DNA of 62,829 nt, the filler included, from Phoronis australis (lineage: Eukaryota > Animalia > Phoronida), in assembly GCA_002633005.1 (NCBI GenBank). It is 11 parts of 11 records of this genome, joined end to end, with 100 filler letters (N's around TTAATTAATTAA, not from the genome) between each part and the next. Parts side by side here need not be neighbours in the genome. Positions count along the whole stretch, not along the records: positions 57,896 to 62,829 come from NMRA01002455.1; 10 more parts are not named here. One strand, written 5' to 3'. How positions within the stretch are numbered: position 1 is the stretch's first letter; each line of letters starts with the position of its first letter. Below the pieces are notes generated by a model. The model ran no database searches and was not told where the DNA came from. It saw only the letters and a program-made list of their open reading frames with translations. Below, piece after piece: positions 61,936 to 62,829 of this stretch. The translations under genes and the position numbers were made by a program.

Positions 61936-62829
61936 ACCCTGAGGGTGAGCCTGCCGCTCTAATTGCCCCCGCTATAAGTCCGACCCTGCTAACTATATTC
62001 AGGAAAGCTGAAATGTTTTTAGTTAACCGATGAAAATCGGTAGAGAAATCCGTGGTCACGGTCGAGAAGCCCAGCGTCACCCGCACGCGTGCTGGCGCTT
62101 CAAGCCAAAATTAAAAGTCTACCGGTAGCTGGCCATAATCGAAATGATAGAAGTTTGACGAGAACTTGTGACTTTCACAATAACAATAGTTCCGGTAGTT
62201 TTATAACTATGAAAATGTCGACACTTATCTCAAATAGCCTACTTCTAAGTGGACTTGCAGCTGTTGTTAGGAACAGTGAGATGAGCAGGGACACTGTCAC
62301 AGTCATGTGACGATCAGCCGTTGTCAACGGTAGGATTGACTGGTGCACGATTGCCCTAATGACAGGGCCAGATACTGGCAAACATGAACAAACTTCTGCC
62401 ATTTTGGTGTGTACGGTGACAGGAATGGAAAATTCTTAGGGGACCCTCAAGCCCCGTGGGAAATTTCCCCTCCACCCCGTCCCCTCTTCTCCCGATTTCC
62501 CAACAATTATTGCATACGTGTATTTTTGCACATGCCTTCCGGAATGGACTAACAGTTCCGAACAATAAATAAATTACAGAATTGAAAAAGTCTTGTAACT
62601 TCACAAACTGCAATTAACGCAAAAGGCTCGTCGTGTGTGCCTATCCGGCATTGCCATATATGACTGAGATGGATCAACGCCGGTCTCCGTTGATCAGAGT
62701 CGACTTCTTGACCATATATATAGTGCCATCCCGGACAGTGGCGGATTCAAAGAGGGGGGCAATTAGGGGGCCATGGCCCCCCTAAAACTCTCCCAGATTC
62801 CATTTGGCGGTTCGGGGAGGCGCCGGAAT

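Noticed and set aside
62662-62712. Hairpin gatcaacg-ccggtctc-cgttgatc after ctgagatg, reminiscent of a Penelope hammerhead
   Set aside because: Lacks the CUGANGA and GAAA catalytic core

Overview
AT-rich genomic DNA from an animal, probably an invertebrate (inferred from spliced genes and the repeat families). The window is not one locus. It is 11 contigs joined by ten artificial 100-bp linkers (N44-TTAATTAATTAA-N44), plus one 756-nt N gap and seven single-N joins. Host genes: (1) an intronless signal peptide-LRR-LRRCT-Ig-hydrophobic tail gene (2428-5222) split by a -1 frameshift at an A7 run; (2) three exons of an XK-related scramblase with an EEVD/G caspase-like site; (3) the last exon of an SDR9C-type dehydrogenase; (4) the first coding exon of EDEM1; (5) a few orphan exons. 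Most of the remaining recognisable sequence is transposon-derived: hAT elements with 8-bp and 5-bp TSDs, Harbinger, Kolobok and pogo-type elements, foldback MITEs, Helentron/DINE-1-like HINEs, L1/Tx1 and CR1/L2 LINE fragments, a Penelope remnant and a tRNA-SINE. The most notable observations are an L1/Tx1 insertion with a perfect 118-bp flanking duplication, a HINE carrying a periodic array of CTCF-like motifs, a hAT MITE family with an embedded tRNA-like Pol III cassette, and the in-frame slippery heptamer in the LRR gene. That last feature is more probably a homopolymer error than recoding. All family assignments come from motif recognition by eye; no database search was run.
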